Shown here: in pieces, positions 1-12,214 of the stretch | How the letters are laid out: each line of letters opens with the position of its first letter | Numbering within the stretch: position 1 is the stretch's first letter | From: Carpediemonas membranifera BICM | Taxonomy: Eukaryota > Protista > Fornicata | Direction of reading: 5' to 3' | Assembly: GCA_019828565.1 (NCBI GenBank) | Contig: JAHDYR010000069.1 | Span: forward strand, 564,799-628,798 | DNA length: 64,000 nt | Program-made: the position numbers and the translations under genes | The notes under the pieces: generated by a model | The model's database searches: none | What the model saw: only the letters and a program-made list of their open reading frames with translations | What the model was told of the DNA's origin: nothing

Positions 1-591
1 CTTGGTCTCTACCACAGCACCGCCAGAGGCAGCGCTGGCGTCGCGGATGTCGCTGGCCTTCACCTTCTTGAGCTTGGCGCCCTTCTGGATCTGGGACAGG
101 AAATCCTTGGGTGCTGGCGGGGCGGCCCTCTCGCCCGGTGGGGGTGGGGGCGGGGCATTGATGGCCGGCGGCGGCGGGATGTTCATGGCCGGCGGCGGGG
201 GAGGTACGGCGGGCTTCGGGGCCGGAACAGGGGGAGCTGGGCGTCCGGACGGGGGAGCGGCAGGCTGGGGGCCTCCGCGGATCTGGTCTAGGAAGCTGCT
301 GCGGACATCGGGCTTCACGGCAGATCCCCGCTCGGCGTCGGCTCCAATCTTGCTGGGAGCCGCTGGAGGCGGCGGAGGAGCGCCGGAAGGACGCGGGGGC
401 GCTGTTCTAGGGGGAGCACTGCCAGGTCCATACAACGCTGATGCTCCACTCTTGATTGTAGCGGGAGCGCGAGACATGTCAAGGCCTCCTTCCTCTCCGC
501 GGCCAATGTGGCCGTCGTGCTCGAAAGTTGTTGGTGCACCAATCTCCAGAGGAGCTTCTTCCTCTTTCTTCCTAAAGAGATTCTTGAACAT
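1..591 (-). CDS. WASP-like actin regulator (CRIB + proline-rich + WH2), 3' end runs off the window
   Basis: Manual minus-strand translation from ATG at 591 gives MFKNLFRKKEEEAPLEIGAPTTFEHDGHIG (CRIB motif IGxPxxFxHxxHIG), poly-Pro tracts, and WH2-like SSFLDQIRGG and DFLSQIQKGAKLKKV. Not in the ORF track because there is no stop in the window. Confidence 0.8.
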   Translation of the reverse strand, partial: MFKNLFRKKEEEAPLEIGAPTTFEHDGHIGRGEEGGLDMSRAPATIKSGASALYGPGSAPPRTAPPRPSGAPPPPPAAPSKIGADAERGSAVKPDVRSSFLDQIRGGPQPAAPPSGRPAPPVPAPKPAVPPPPPAMNIPPPPAINAPPPPPPGERAAPPAPKDFLSQIQKGAKLKKVKASDIRDASAASGGAVVETK

Positions 592-1037
592 CCTCTCCTA
601 AGTCGTTTCAAGCGTCGTTTGTTTTTGTGCTTCGAAAGAATGAGCGCGTCAAACACCCGAGTCTTCGAGACAGAAGTGTGTGTTTTACAGAAGGAGTCGG
701 GTCGCGGAGAAGGTGAGGGGCGACTCTGCTTCAGCGCAAGCCGAGGTGTGCACAATTACAAAATTTTGTCCTCTGATTTGAATCATATCAAGCGACTCAT
801 CTCCAATATCTTGGACTCGATGCATCCGCCGTGGCAAAGCAGAGTATGTTCCAGCTGGCTGTACTGTCGCGAAAAATCGCTGAGCCTGAACAAGCAGCTC
901 TGCTTGCTCGAGTGAAGATGTCCACACCTCGACAGAGGGATACCCGTCGACAAAACAACGGTGGCCTGGTAAGAAATGTTTAATGGGACAGAATAGCTAT
1001 ATGGCCTTGTCGACAGAGTGTCGGCAAGTCACCCGAC

Positions 1038-3005
1038 TTACTTAATCCTCACCATAGCCGAGGCAACAGCCACACTGCGTCCCAGACCAGGCACCACCGC
1101 CTCTGCCTCCACCCGCACAACTAGCCCCGCAGCATTCGTCCTGAACGGCACACCCGCTGCCGGCCCGCCGGTCTGGACGGACGCGACGAACTTCTCCACA
1201 CTCCGCTGCAGCCGCTGGGGGTGGCGATCCATCAGAGAGGCTGATGACTGCACGGGCAGAGTCACTAGGCCGCCGGTCGCCTCAAACTTGGCGCTGATGG
1301 TGACTGGGGCGGCGATGGGTGGGTCCAGAGTCGTTTGGATGGTGCAGTCGGTCGAGTCACAGTCTACAGTCAAAGTCAAGTCGAAGTCAGGGTTGACCCG
1401 GGTTAGAGGGTCGACTCTGGATGAAGTCAGCCATACGGCGATAAGACTGGCGACAATGAGGGCGAAACTCGCCCGCCACGGAGCACGGATGGAGAGCACG
1501 ACCGGAAGCAGAGGGAACACCACGACCACACCCGCGATACACGCCACTGTGGTCACCAAAACAGCCGGACGGCCTACCAAGTCGTGTGGCAGTGATACTA
1601 CGACAGATGCCGCCGTCGCAGCGGGAAACACGACAGCCATCGCAAGCCTAGAGTATACAGACAGCCTCGCCCCGGCAACCTGTGCGGCCAGAGTGACTAT
1701 ATCGCCCAGGCCGTGGGCGACCAGGGTGGGTATGAGGAGGAGTGCGAGGGCCGGGGCAGAGTATGACAGCAGTACGCCCAGCACCGCCATGGCCGCCCGT
1801 GTTGCGGCAATGGCGGCCTTGGGCTGGGTTGAACGGGGCAGCAGGGCCATGCAGGCAAGTTGGACAGCAGCCGCGGCCAAGGCGGCAGGGGCGGGAGCAA
1901 CAGACACCCCGACCAGGGCCAGGGCTGAAACTCCGCAGGATAGGGGCAGAAACGTGAGGGCGGAGGTCACGGAGTACATCGAGTCGACCAGGACCCATGG
2001 GTGACGGCGGAACTGGAGAATGACTGAGACGAGACAAATGATGAGGCTGGTCCAGGCAAAGGAACGCAGGAGGTCGATGCGGACTGCAAAGGAAGGCCAT
2101 AGAGTGGGGATGGCTGCGGCTGTCGGGTTAGCAGTGACTGGAGTAGATTTGAGAAGTGTCTTAAACTGCGAAATGACTCTGCCGAGGTCAGCGCCGGGAC
2201 CGACGAGGACGTCTAGTCCATCGGCCGGCCGCACCAGGCCCGCAGCCATACTAGGGGTGTTCATGCCCATGGCGCTGATGAGGTCCGCAGTTTCAGCCAG
2301 GGCTGTGGTGACAGGGATGGGGATAGCACTGAGACTGTCGGCGGAGGTTGGGGTGGCAGAGACTAGTAGTCTGCCTAGGCCGTGTAGTGTCAGATGGATG
2401 ACTCTGGTGACTTGGGTGAGCTCGGGCACACGGCGGACGGCGGAGAGCATGCCGTGGAGAGGATCTGGGGATATTATAAATGCCGTATCATGAGATATGG
2501 CCGGGTCGAGTAAATATGGTATCGCGTGTGCTAGTAAGAGTGCGTCAGAGTCGCATGGTCCGAGGGTAAGGTGGACTGCGAGGCCGTGGGAGACGCGGCG
2601 GTTCACTGGTTCTGTCTTGACCACAATTAGGGGCGAATGGAAGAATTCTGTGTCATCTGCGACAACGTGGCCCTGGTTATCGTGGTATTCGACCGTGCCC
2701 TTGACTCCTGCGGCTTTGAGGGCAGCCTTGAGGTTGGACGCCAAGTGTGGGTATGCGACTGATGGGAGGAAGCACTCGCAGCTCTCATCAAAGGAAGACT
2801 GGGATGCCATAAGCGCCCTTGTCTGGTTATTCCGCGAATATATCGCCTGGAGTTGTGTTTTCGAGATCGTTGAGGATGAACCAAACACCGCGGAGTCATA
2901 CAGGGCTGGAAGAAGGAGTAGGGAGAGAATGAATGCTATTAAAGCGATTAGTACCGGTGATAGAGGCCCCTTGACGGCAACGGCAATGGCGGTGAATCTC
3001 GTCAT
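1038..3005 (-). CDS. Multi-pass membrane protein, possibly Gaa1/GPAA1-like GPI transamidase subunit
   Basis: 656-codon ORF with one N-terminal TM, a ~300-aa soluble domain, then about 7 hydrophobic segments. The Gaa1 assignment rests on topology only. Confidence 0.5.
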   Translation of the reverse strand: MTRFTAIAVAVKGPLSPVLIALIAFILSLLLLPALYDSAVFGSSSTISKTQLQAIYSRNNQTRALMASQSSFDESCECFLPSVAYPHLASNLKAALKAAGVKGTVEYHDNQGHVVADDTEFFHSPLIVVKTEPVNRRVSHGLAVHLTLGPCDSDALLLAHAIPYLLDPAISHDTAFIISPDPLHGMLSAVRRVPELTQVTRVIHLTLHGLGRLLVSATPTSADSLSAIPIPVTTALAETADLISAMGMNTPSMAAGLVRPADGLDVLVGPGADLGRVISQFKTLLKSTPVTANPTAAAIPTLWPSFAVRIDLLRSFAWTSLIICLVSVILQFRRHPWVLVDSMYSVTSALTFLPLSCGVSALALVGVSVAPAPAALAAAAVQLACMALLPRSTQPKAAIAATRAAMAVLGVLLSYSAPALALLLIPTLVAHGLGDIVTLAAQVAGARLSVYSRLAMAVVFPAATAASVVVSLPHDLVGRPAVLVTTVACIAGVVVVFPLLPVVLSIRAPWRASFALIVASLIAVWLTSSRVDPLTRVNPDFDLTLTVDCDSTDCTIQTTLDPPIAAPVTISAKFEATGGLVTLPVQSSASLMDRHPQRLQRSVEKFVASVQTGGPAAGVPFRTNAAGLVVRVEAEAVVPGLGRSVAVASAMVRIK

Positions 3006-5304
3006 GGCTACGGATAAAGCCCCACTTTGCCCATAGGTTCCGATCGGTCTCGGTGCATCTGGGGCCATCAATGCCTCCCCGGACGATGCTGAGTGTGCAT
3101 AAACCGCGACTCGTGTTTTCAACCCGGACTGTCTATGAATGGAATCGCCTGAGGCCGGGCAGACTTGGGCGTCAGGCCAAGCATACGGTGCATGGATCAG
3201 CATTTATGGTACAGGGGGGCAGGTCAGGCGTCTTGCCCGAATCAATCGGCTGCCGTCAAGGCGATGGCGCAGGGGATTCGTCATCGGCCGCCACGGAAAG
3301 GCGCAGAGGGGAGCTGGCGTGGCGGATATGTGTTCTTGTGTACCCTTGCAGCATCAAAGTTGCTTCGTGCTCGTCTGGTTTGGTCTCAGCAGTGGAGATT
3401 TCGTTCCTAAAGCGGATTACTGGATTGAGAGCGGATTTGTTCATCTTTCTGTTGAGAATGCTAGTGATAGCGGTATTCGTAGCAAGAGTAGTAGCAATTG
3501 GAACACTGTAAAGAGACATTTGTTGGGATGCGAGTCTTTGGTCCGAAAATGGATCCCAGGATAGATTCTTCCAGATCTAGATATAGCATGATCTAGCAGT
3601 CTATCGCCATCAAATCTGGGGGCATATCCTGCTTTGAGTCGCCCGTGTCTCTTTTCCAGTAGGTTGGGTCCAAAGGTGCGAAACTTATAATTCCATAGAG
3701 TCCAACACCATCCCAGACCCGGTGTCGATGGCGTCACTATGAATGAGTTCATGGTCGACTCGGCCTAATATAGTAGTCATAGAATATGATCCAATTTGGA
3801 TAACTTAATGACTTGCACTTACCTTACCGTCGGTTTGTGGAGAAGAGGCGTTTCTTACTCGGTGAAAGATGTCTTCGTGGAACATAGTGAATCGGGCAGC
3901 AACTGGGGCCTTATGTTGGCTCATGCTTGTCAGCCCGGTCGTGGGCAGAGTCGACCAGTGTCGGGCGGCATCATTGGCCGGTGAGTGTGTCGTGGGGGTC
4001 TCTCTCAAGGTAGATACACTCATTCATCGCTCTCAAGCGTTTTATCACTGGGCGGGGATTGTTCCCAGTCGTTGTCAGATCGTCAGATCAGCACTATTGG
4101 TACCAATACATGAACGGCCGCTGAGGCAAGCATGCCTCCGGCAGTCATTTGTACGGCAATCTTGCGTTTGTATGTTATAAATTGATCTTAGATGTGTGAA
4201 AAGTGCTTTGAATAGCAAATCTGACAATTCGGGCAGTTCGGACGAAAATGGCCCCCCAATTGGAGACATTTCAATGGGGGCTTCATGCCGCGGACTGCCC
4301 TCCCGCATACACTCGCCAACCCCAGCAGCTGCGGGGGTCAGTCATGTGTATCTTCTAGGTTCTAACGTCCTAGGTCCATCAGATGTCGCGCGGCAGTCTC
4401 ACTGCATGCGCGCTCCTAGCTAGAACCCGGGTTCCGCGCCGTGCAAAGTGGCGCTGTTGACCCGGTGTGCTGCAAGGGCCAGAGGCCAATGCATAACCAC
4501 GCGTTCGAAGACACCGTGGTGCACCGCTTGGATTGACATCATGTGATGGTTGCGGACTTATCTTGTTGCCGCTCCAGGGTCCCGTCGGCGCACCTGATTG
4601 ATGTTGTTTAGTTCGGCACTGTGAGGTGACCAAAACAGAGTAAAGGAGAATAAATGTGATCTATTCATGCAAACAGAATACTGAGCGGGAATTCACTGTT
4701 AAAGGTTCAGGGAAGACTGTTCTTTCCGAACATTCGTTGCCTTGCAAGAAAAAAGATGACGAGTTCAAAGGCAGGCCACTCGACAAAGCTCGAAGTTCAT
4801 GCAGTATGGCGTTCATTTCCACCCCGATAGACCTCTCCCCATGCTCAACAACCAACTATCATCATGGGTCCCCGGGCATTAGTTTAAGAAGTGTGCAGTG
4901 TCAGCGTGCACACAGCCCACGTCCAGCCTAGTTCTAGACGTTTCTAAGGCTAATGCTCCGCTTTCAGACACTGGCTGAGTGGAGTCCGAAGTCGGTGCTC
5001 GGCGTGGCCTTCTCGATCATCTCGCTGACACGGCTCATCCATAACTACCGTCCATAACTACCGTCGAGAGCCACTGTCCTGCGTCACAGTGGTGTACCGC
5101 GGCTGGCATGGCGTCGACTCGCCACTCGCCAGCACAATCGACTCGGATGACTTGGTCGTTTTCGGAGCAATGGAGCGAAGATGCCCAAGGTTCGCGGTTT
5201 CCAGCAATTTTTACACAGATGGTGTGTAGCAACAGCAGTAGACCATCTGCTTCTCCGCGAATTCCCTCACACAGCGCGCCTGACGCGTTTGATCCGCCAA
5301 TTCC

Positions 5305-6993
5305 ATGATTACACAGCCACTGGTACATATTGAAGCCGCCTTCTCACACAGCGACGACTGTAGAGCAGTTGACGCTCAAATTCGCTTCGCTAGCTCCGAG
5401 CACCCCGGCCCCGAGGGCATCCAAATCCGCCGACGAGGCGAGACGCCGATCACCATCCAGGACCTCGAGCAGATCATCCAGTTCCTACTCAGCGAGAGCA
5501 TAGAACCCGAGACGCTAACGATGGTGCTCACCGAGCCCGCAGTCACAGTTACGATGGCCGGTGGCAAACTCAAGGCCGACCATGCGAACAACCGGGTTGA
5601 GCTTGTACTCGAAGCATGGAACACGCGCTCCATGGAGAGTTACGTCAGCTTACTGACACTGACTGGACACAAACACACTGTGCACGCGGTTGCCACCTCC
5701 CCCGACGGCACCATCTTCACAGCCTCACAGGATGGCACAATCAAGCAGTGGGACTCGGCCACTGGTCGTTGTATCAGGACCATGAAACTTAGAAATGAAG
5801 CTTTTTATGATGCCGTGTCGCCGGACGGGTCGACCATCGCATATGGTGGCGATGACGGTCTCATCAAACTCTGGAACGTAGCCACAGGTCGGGTGACTAA
5901 GACCCAAAGCGGGCACACTGATGTTGTGCACTGTGTTGCATTCTCGTCCGATGGCCGCACCCTGGTCTCCGGATCGTATGACAAAACCGCCAAGGTCTGG
6001 GACGTCGAGACAGGGCAGTGCAGGCTGACACTAACAGGGCATAATAATTCCGTGCATGGCGTGGCCATCTCCCCTGATGGCTCGACCATTTACACTGGAA
6101 GTGTTGACGGCACGATCAACCAATGGAGCACCACTACTGGCGAATGCATCAGGACCATGAACCATGGCAACCCAGTCTGTAACGTTGCGTTATCACCAAG
6201 CGGCACCATCATCGCATCCGGAGACAATGTTGGCTTCATCAAGTTCTGGGACTCCGCAACCGACCAGCTGACTCGGACCCTTGATGGGCACACCGATATT
6301 GTGTGGAGCCTCGCCTTCTCCCCCGACGGCAGGACTCTGGTGTCTGGGTCCAAGGACAAAACCATCAAGCAGTGGGACGTCGCGACCGGGACACTGATCA
6401 GGACGTTATCGGGGCACGATGACAAGGTGATGGGCGTCGTCTTCTCCAGAGACGACACCTCGATCGTGTCTGGGTCCAGCGACAAGACAGCCAAGGTCTG
6501 GAGCGCACTCCCCCGCACCCTCCAGTTCCAGGCCACCGTCAACCAGCTCTGCTCCAGCCCAGTCGCCCCCGACGCCGACATCGCAATCGACCCTGGTGAC
6601 TCAGTAGCACTCACCAGCGACCTCGCTCGCATCCTCCTCCACTTCCTCGCCACTGGTATGCCCCGCTCCTTTACGATGACGCTGACCCACCCCGCCGCCA
6701 GAATCTGGCTGGATGAGAACAAGTTCGCCAAGACAGACTCCGAGGACGCCGAGCTGGCCATGCTCATCAAGCTCGTTAACGCATGCAGACGCGAGCAGAT
6801 TCTTGCCGACTTCTTCTCGGGTGCCGTCTCGGACGTTGTCCTGGTTGACACGACAATCGAACAGCTGAGGCAGATCGTGGCGCGCGTGACCTCATCGCAG
6901 GTCGCCCCACGAGATCTCTGCATCAAAATGGCCGCCCCGAGTTCGTCCGTCATCAGAATGGCGGATGGACTGTTTGTATCCGAAGGTCCATAA
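5305..6993 (+). CDS. WD40-repeat protein (7 blades) flanked by three copies of an unnamed ~55-aa domain
   Basis: Seven GH...WD repeats such as GHTDVVHCVAFSSDGRTLVSGSYDKTAKVWD. Probably the 5' part of a longer decayed gene continuing to 9704. Confidence 0.85.
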   Translation: MITQPLVHIEAAFSHSDDCRAVDAQIRFASSEHPGPEGIQIRRRGETPITIQDLEQIIQFLLSESIEPETLTMVLTEPAVTVTMAGGKLKADHANNRVELVLEAWNTRSMESYVSLLTLTGHKHTVHAVATSPDGTIFTASQDGTIKQWDSATGRCIRTMKLRNEAFYDAVSPDGSTIAYGGDDGLIKLWNVATGRVTKTQSGHTDVVHCVAFSSDGRTLVSGSYDKTAKVWDVETGQCRLTLTGHNNSVHGVAISPDGSTIYTGSVDGTINQWSTTTGECIRTMNHGNPVCNVALSPSGTIIASGDNVGFIKFWDSATDQLTRTLDGHTDIVWSLAFSPDGRTLVSGSKDKTIKQWDVATGTLIRTLSGHDDKVMGVVFSRDDTSIVSGSSDKTAKVWSALPRTLQFQATVNQLCSSPVAPDADIAIDPGDSVALTSDLARILLHFLATGMPRSFTMTLTHPAARIWLDENKFAKTDSEDAELAMLIKLVNACRREQILADFFSGAVSDVVLVDTTIEQLRQIVARVTSSQVAPRDLCIKMAAPSSSVIRMADGLFVSEGP

Positions 6994-7080
6994 GGTATGC
7001 CGTTGACGCAATCATATCACTAGCGAACAGCAACACCAGCATCCGGGCAGAACTGTCTTGGGCGAGGACAAAACTCTCCG

Positions 7081-9704
7081 ATGCGAGGACCACCGCTTGC
7101 TTCCTTCCAGGTCATGGTGAACTTCGCCGCAGTCGACCAAGCTGCTGGGCTGAGCGACATGCTCGAGGGCCACCCCCTGCTCTCCATGCCAACACTTGAC
7201 ACTGGCGACACTCCGCCGCTCGCTGGCCTCATCGGCCGACTCGGCAAGGCCAGACGCCATCCAGAGACCCGCATCGCCGAGTACGAGGCGGTCATCGCCC
7301 AGGCCAGCGCCGGTGTCGAGGCACTCGAGGCCAGGATCATCGCTATCCGCGCTGCCTACCAGGCGGCATCGGCTATCGTCAACGCCGCCGAGTCTTTCCC
7401 CTCGCATGATGAGATGGCCCGCGTGCTCAAGGCCGCTGACAACGAGGTCGTCGGCTTCCCCACCCTCGCGCCCGAGCAGCAGGCCAGGTACGCCACGCTC
7501 CGCGCCTTCCTCCAGCCGGTCGTCCGTGAGACGTGGCTGCGAGCCCTCCGTCGGAAGGAGCTTGGTGATGACACGAGCGCCGAGGAGCGCACTATTCGCG
7601 GGTTGACTGGCCTGGTGGCCGAGGCTGAGGTCCACCTGGCTGGGTTCGCCGAGGCCGACGCCATCACTGCACAGCTCCGGTCGCTGGGCGACTACCAGCA
7701 CCTCAAGAGCTCGATCGCCAACCTCGAAGAGACGGTGGAGTTCTTCAGTCGACCCCGTAAGAACGGCGCAGCCATGTTCAAGGAGGCGAAGGAGGACCTC
7801 GAGAAGTCCAGGGCCAAGCTCGCCAGGATGAACGCCGTCCTGACTCGCCGCACGCCGCAGCTCGTCCGGCTCTGTCCCGAGCTGGAGGCCCTCACCGCAC
7901 CGTCGGCCTGCCTCTTCACCGAGCTGCGAGAAATGGGGCTGGCCCACCTCATGGACCACCCCGAGATGCACGCCGACATGTCGTTGTCCGACTTCACTGT
8001 CAAGTCGACCGTCAGCGAGAACAGAGCGCTGTGCCAGATCGTGGCCCGCGACGGCCAGACCTTCTTCGCCAAGACCTTCAAGGTCGATACCGCGCACCAG
8101 AGAAAGCTCTGCGACCGCGAGGTGTGCATCCTGTCGCGCACATCGCACAGCCCCGCCGTGCCCAGGCTGCACTTCGTCCTCGTCGACAGCGCCGAGCAGA
8201 CCTGCACGATCGTCATGGAGCGCCTCGAGCGCCACCTGCGCGACGCCCCAGCCGACTCGCCCGACACTCAGCGCAGACTGCTCCGCGGCCTGCTCACCGC
8301 GATCCACGACCTGCACAGCGCGTGCATCTGCCACCGCAACCTCAAGCCCGAGAACGTCATGCTGCGCGAGGGCCACCCCGTGCTCGTCGACCTCGAGACG
8401 GCCTCGAACATGAACGCCGTGAACGCAACTGCGACCGGAGTCAACATCGGCACGCTTGCCTTCGGCGCTCCCACCGCGAGCGACGCCCTACGCGACGTGC
8501 TCTCCCAGGCGTCGGCGACATGGCATTCACCGTGCCCATCTTCCGCGAAGGCACGCTGGTCTTCACGCCCGACGCCCTCGACATGCCGCTCGACGACCTG
8601 CGCCCGGTCCTGCTGGGGCTCGGCCGCGTGCTGCAGCTTATGCTGCTCGACGGCATCAGGCTGTCCGCGGACATGGTCAGCGACGCCTGGCTCGTCGCGC
8701 TCACGGGAGGCCGCGTCGACCTGGGAGCGCTGATGCCCATCGTCGACCAGGCGTTGCAGACATCGCTCGAGGACGCCACCGCCACGTGCCCGCTCGAGGG
8801 CTTCGAGGACGACCTCAAGGCGTACGGCGACGAGGTGAGACGCCGCTTCGCCGATCGCATGCAGATCATCCGCAACGGCATGGCCGCGAAGACGCGCTTC
8901 AGTGAGAAGGTCATCGCGCTGACCCCCGCCCAGCTGCGGGCCCTGCCCGTGCGCCCCAACCCGCTCACGGTCGACGCCGCGCTCGCCCCGCTGCGCTTCC
9001 CCGCGGACAGTCATGGCGTGCAGGACGTCCTCCGCGCCGTGCTCGAGGATGCCGAGACGCGCCGCCGCTTCGCCTTCCACGTGTTCGGCGGCCAGCTCCC
9101 CCAGCCCGGCTCCGTCGGCGTGACCCTCCACGACCACCACCGCGTGTACGCCGACTGCGCCAGCGGTGCCCACCTCCCTCGTCTGGAGGACGCCGGCCAG
9201 ATGCGCCAGGCGGTGCTCGACTCGGCTCCTGCAACAGCAGGCGCGGCAGCCGACTTCTACGTCATCCCGCGACGCCAGCAGGCATACTCCCACGCCGAGA
9301 TCAAGACGCTCGTCGAGCAGAACGACATCCTGCAGACGTGCCGCCTTGTCACGCTCGGTAGAGGCGCCGCTGTGAACGTCCCCGTCATCCGCCGCTGCCC
9401 CACATGCGGCGAGCTGACCTCGCGCGAGGGCGACCTGGACAGCTGCAAGATGTCGTACTGTCAGTGCGGCCAGGATTTCTGCCACAAGTGCCTGCTCCGC
9501 GTGGCCAACCAGGAAGAGCACATGGCCCACTTCGGCGGCGAGTGCGAGATGGCGCCGCGCCAGACAATCGACCTACCCGAGGGAGTTGAGAGGCAGCGCA
9601 CCGTCACGTGCCCCCGCTGCCATCGGTCGGCCACGGTCAGCGCGAACCGGAGGCAGGTCACGTGTCGCGGGTGCAGCCGGACCATTGACACGAGAGCAGA
9701 GTAG
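7081..9704 (+). pseudogene. Helical region + protein kinase-like domain + degenerate HECT + RING2/IBR-like zinc finger; frameshift or deletion near 8470-8520
   Basis: Kinase motifs FFAKTF, HRNLKPEN, LVDLE and GTLAFGAP occur in ORF 7081-8733, but the kinase C-lobe is absent. ORF 8031-9704 supplies HECT-like LGRVLQLML, RRRFAFHVFGGQLP and YADCASGAHLP, and CPTC...SCKMSYCQCGQDFCHKC. Confidence 0.7.
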
Positions 9705-10608
9705 TCTAGCTGATGATCCCTACCGCCTGGCATGGAGTGATCATGACTGATTCACGTAAAAAATAAATCCCGCCGCTCAAAAATAAAGATGGGTCAGCCA
9801 TTCTGTATGAGCTTCTATTCGAATACAATGGTGTGAGTTTCAGCCCTCTCCGACAACTATTCGTCATGTTCGATGTCTATCAATCGAAGTTTGGGCCGAC
9901 TCCAAACGCACTTCGGGTAGTACCCCAGCAATTTGTCGCCCGGGCGACGGCCAGTGGCGGCGGCTGACGAAAGTTAGTGCGCCACGGTCAACGTCTGTCG
10001 GTGCAGTTTATGCTGACAGATGGTCGAAGAATCGCAGCGCGAAGCTGCAAGACCGCGCCAATTCGGCGTCCGCCTCGTGGTAAGCGAGGTACCTTCGTAA
10101 CTTACTTAGTTCGACGGCCGACGGTGAGTTATCGAATATTTACACAGTGAAACCAGGGGTTTCTTGAATAAATGTTCTTCCCCTTTGCGCCCGCTGGTAA
10201 TGGCCCGGATCCAGATGTTCGAGGGCTCTACAAGCTTTATGGCAGAGCGACAGCGATTCGATGGTTGTAGTCGAGGTGACGGTATCGCTCAGCTTCGGAC
10301 CCGCACTCTTGAGTTGACTTCGAAAGTCAGGTGAACATGTTGCCAACCAAATTGATGGCTGACATAGGTTCGGAATGGACTCTAAAGCATGCATTCACAC
10401 ACGAGCTGGAGTGGTGGCAGTTTGGATGGACCTGATCAGCCAAACAAATTCAATTTATCAGCGGACATGCGCTGTTTTACGCCACAATCCTGCGTATTAT
10501 GCCTTATACGCCGCTACCCACCCCTGCCGACTCACACTTCGGTCACCTACCTGACAATGACAGCTCTGATACGACGCACTTTATCGTTTTCACACACAAA
10601 TCGCCCAA

Positions 10609-12214
10609 TCACCTTGCCCGCTTCACTGTAGCGAATGCCTTGGGCAACATAAACTCGACCAACACGCGATATGACCCAGGACCCATGAATCGAAGCGGCT
10701 TGATCACAAGCTCCACAGCCTCAGCCGGCTTCAGCTCAAGGTCACGTCGCACAAGGCGTGTAGCAATGGTCTTAATAGCGCTTGTCCGTTCAGTAAACGT
10801 GCGGCCCTCTGCCCCGGTGACGTCGACTATGGCGTGGACTGTCGGCAAGAGCTCAGCGACGAGAAGGCCGCGCATGACGAATAGGCCGGGTGCTGAGGGC
10901 CGGACGAATGTGACAATGTCGGTCACAGGTTCAGGCGAGTCAGAGTCAAATAGATTCAGGAGATAATCAGATGGACTGCTCACTGCGGCAGAATACAGGT
11001 CCGGTGACACTGTGGGAAGGCACTCGTTGATGTTATCAAGGCACTGCTCCACGGCTACAGGGTTAGCATCACAGAACTTGACACCCGTCCCGCGTTCGAG
11101 CAGCGGCAGCACCATCGTTCCAATCCCGCAGTTTAGGACCGCAACAGGCCCGATTGGACCCCGTTCGAGCATGCTAGCGGCCAATTCAGCGTGCAGTGTC
11201 TCTATCCCGGCCACGTGGGCGACTCTCTCGCAGTCCAGGCTGAGTCTATGGGAGCCCTGGACAATTATGGTCTTCAGGGCGTATCTCCCGTAAATCACCT
11301 TAATTGGGGTCACCCCAAGGTCGTCTGGCGGGCCAGTTGTCATGACCACTGTTCTGACTGACGGGTTCTTCTCGACCACTAGCCTGCCAAGGACGAAACG
11401 GTACTTGTAGAGCTCTGGAGAGAGATCCAGACACGCGACATGTCCCCTCTCCTCAAACCGAGGCGGTGGTGGGATTCCAGTACCGAGCAAGAGCTTTTTG
11501 ACCGCTCTATCGTAGTCATAATGGCCATACATAATCTCAACCCCGTAAGTGTCAATCTGATACTCCAGCCCCGTCGCGTTCATCACCTCCTCAATGTCGT
11601 CCTCCGCGACGCTGTCGTCCATGATCACCATGGCCTTCTCTGGGTCCTGTTCACACGGGAAGATCTGGGCGAAGTAGAGCAGGTTGATACGGGATGTGCG
11701 GGGGTCAGCGTCGAGTGCGGCGGCGGTCTTGTCTGTGTCCACCTTGTATACGACGACGACGAGCGTTAGGAAGTGTGTTTTGAAGATGGATGGGTCAAAC
11801 ACGACCGGCATGTCGGCTGGAGAGCCTGGCATGGCGTCGTCTTTCGTATGACGCATCATATCGATGAACTCTTCGGCTGACTGTGGCAGGATCTGCGTGT
11901 TAAAGCGCCATTGCCAGATCTGGTTGGTGCTTGATGCAATGATGATCGGATCGCTGCGTGAGGGGAGAGCGGGGGACATACGTCGAGATTGCATTGCAGA
12001 AATCGCGGTTCTGCAACAGATCAAGGAAGTGAAGGCACTGGGGATAGCGTAGGAACTTCAGATAGCGAGGATGCCTCCAATATGAGAGGTATTTGAGGTA
12101 GTTGCAGAATTCTGGACGCTCGAGATACTTCCGCTTAGCCAAATAGCCAACATAGTTCGGGTTAGCAAGCAGCTGGACAAATTCCAGCTCTGCAATGAAC
12201 CGGTTGTCCTCCAT
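10609..12214 (-). CDS. Med31 (SOH1)-Trm5-like tRNA methyltransferase fusion; exons 12214-11982 and 11953-10609
   Basis: Exon 1 is Med31 ([17 protein letters not shown]...[30 protein letters not shown]). Removing the 28-nt GT-AG intron puts it in frame with a Trm5/Met-10-like ORF ([22 protein letters not shown]). Confidence 0.8.
11954..11981 (-). other. 28-nt spliceosomal intron
   Basis: GTATGTCCCCCGCTCTCCCCTCACGCAG. Removal restores the Med31 C-terminal Q-x-x-x-W-like segment (NQIWQW). Confidence 0.8.

Noticed and set aside
3250-5300. Short ORFs and a 13-bp tandem duplication (5038-5063)
   Set aside because: No motifs or codon bias, so neither a gene nor an element can be supported.
9705-10600. 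Possible ncRNA or element remnant downstream of the kinase-HECT gene
   Set aside because: No repeat partner in the window and no recognisable RNA motif.
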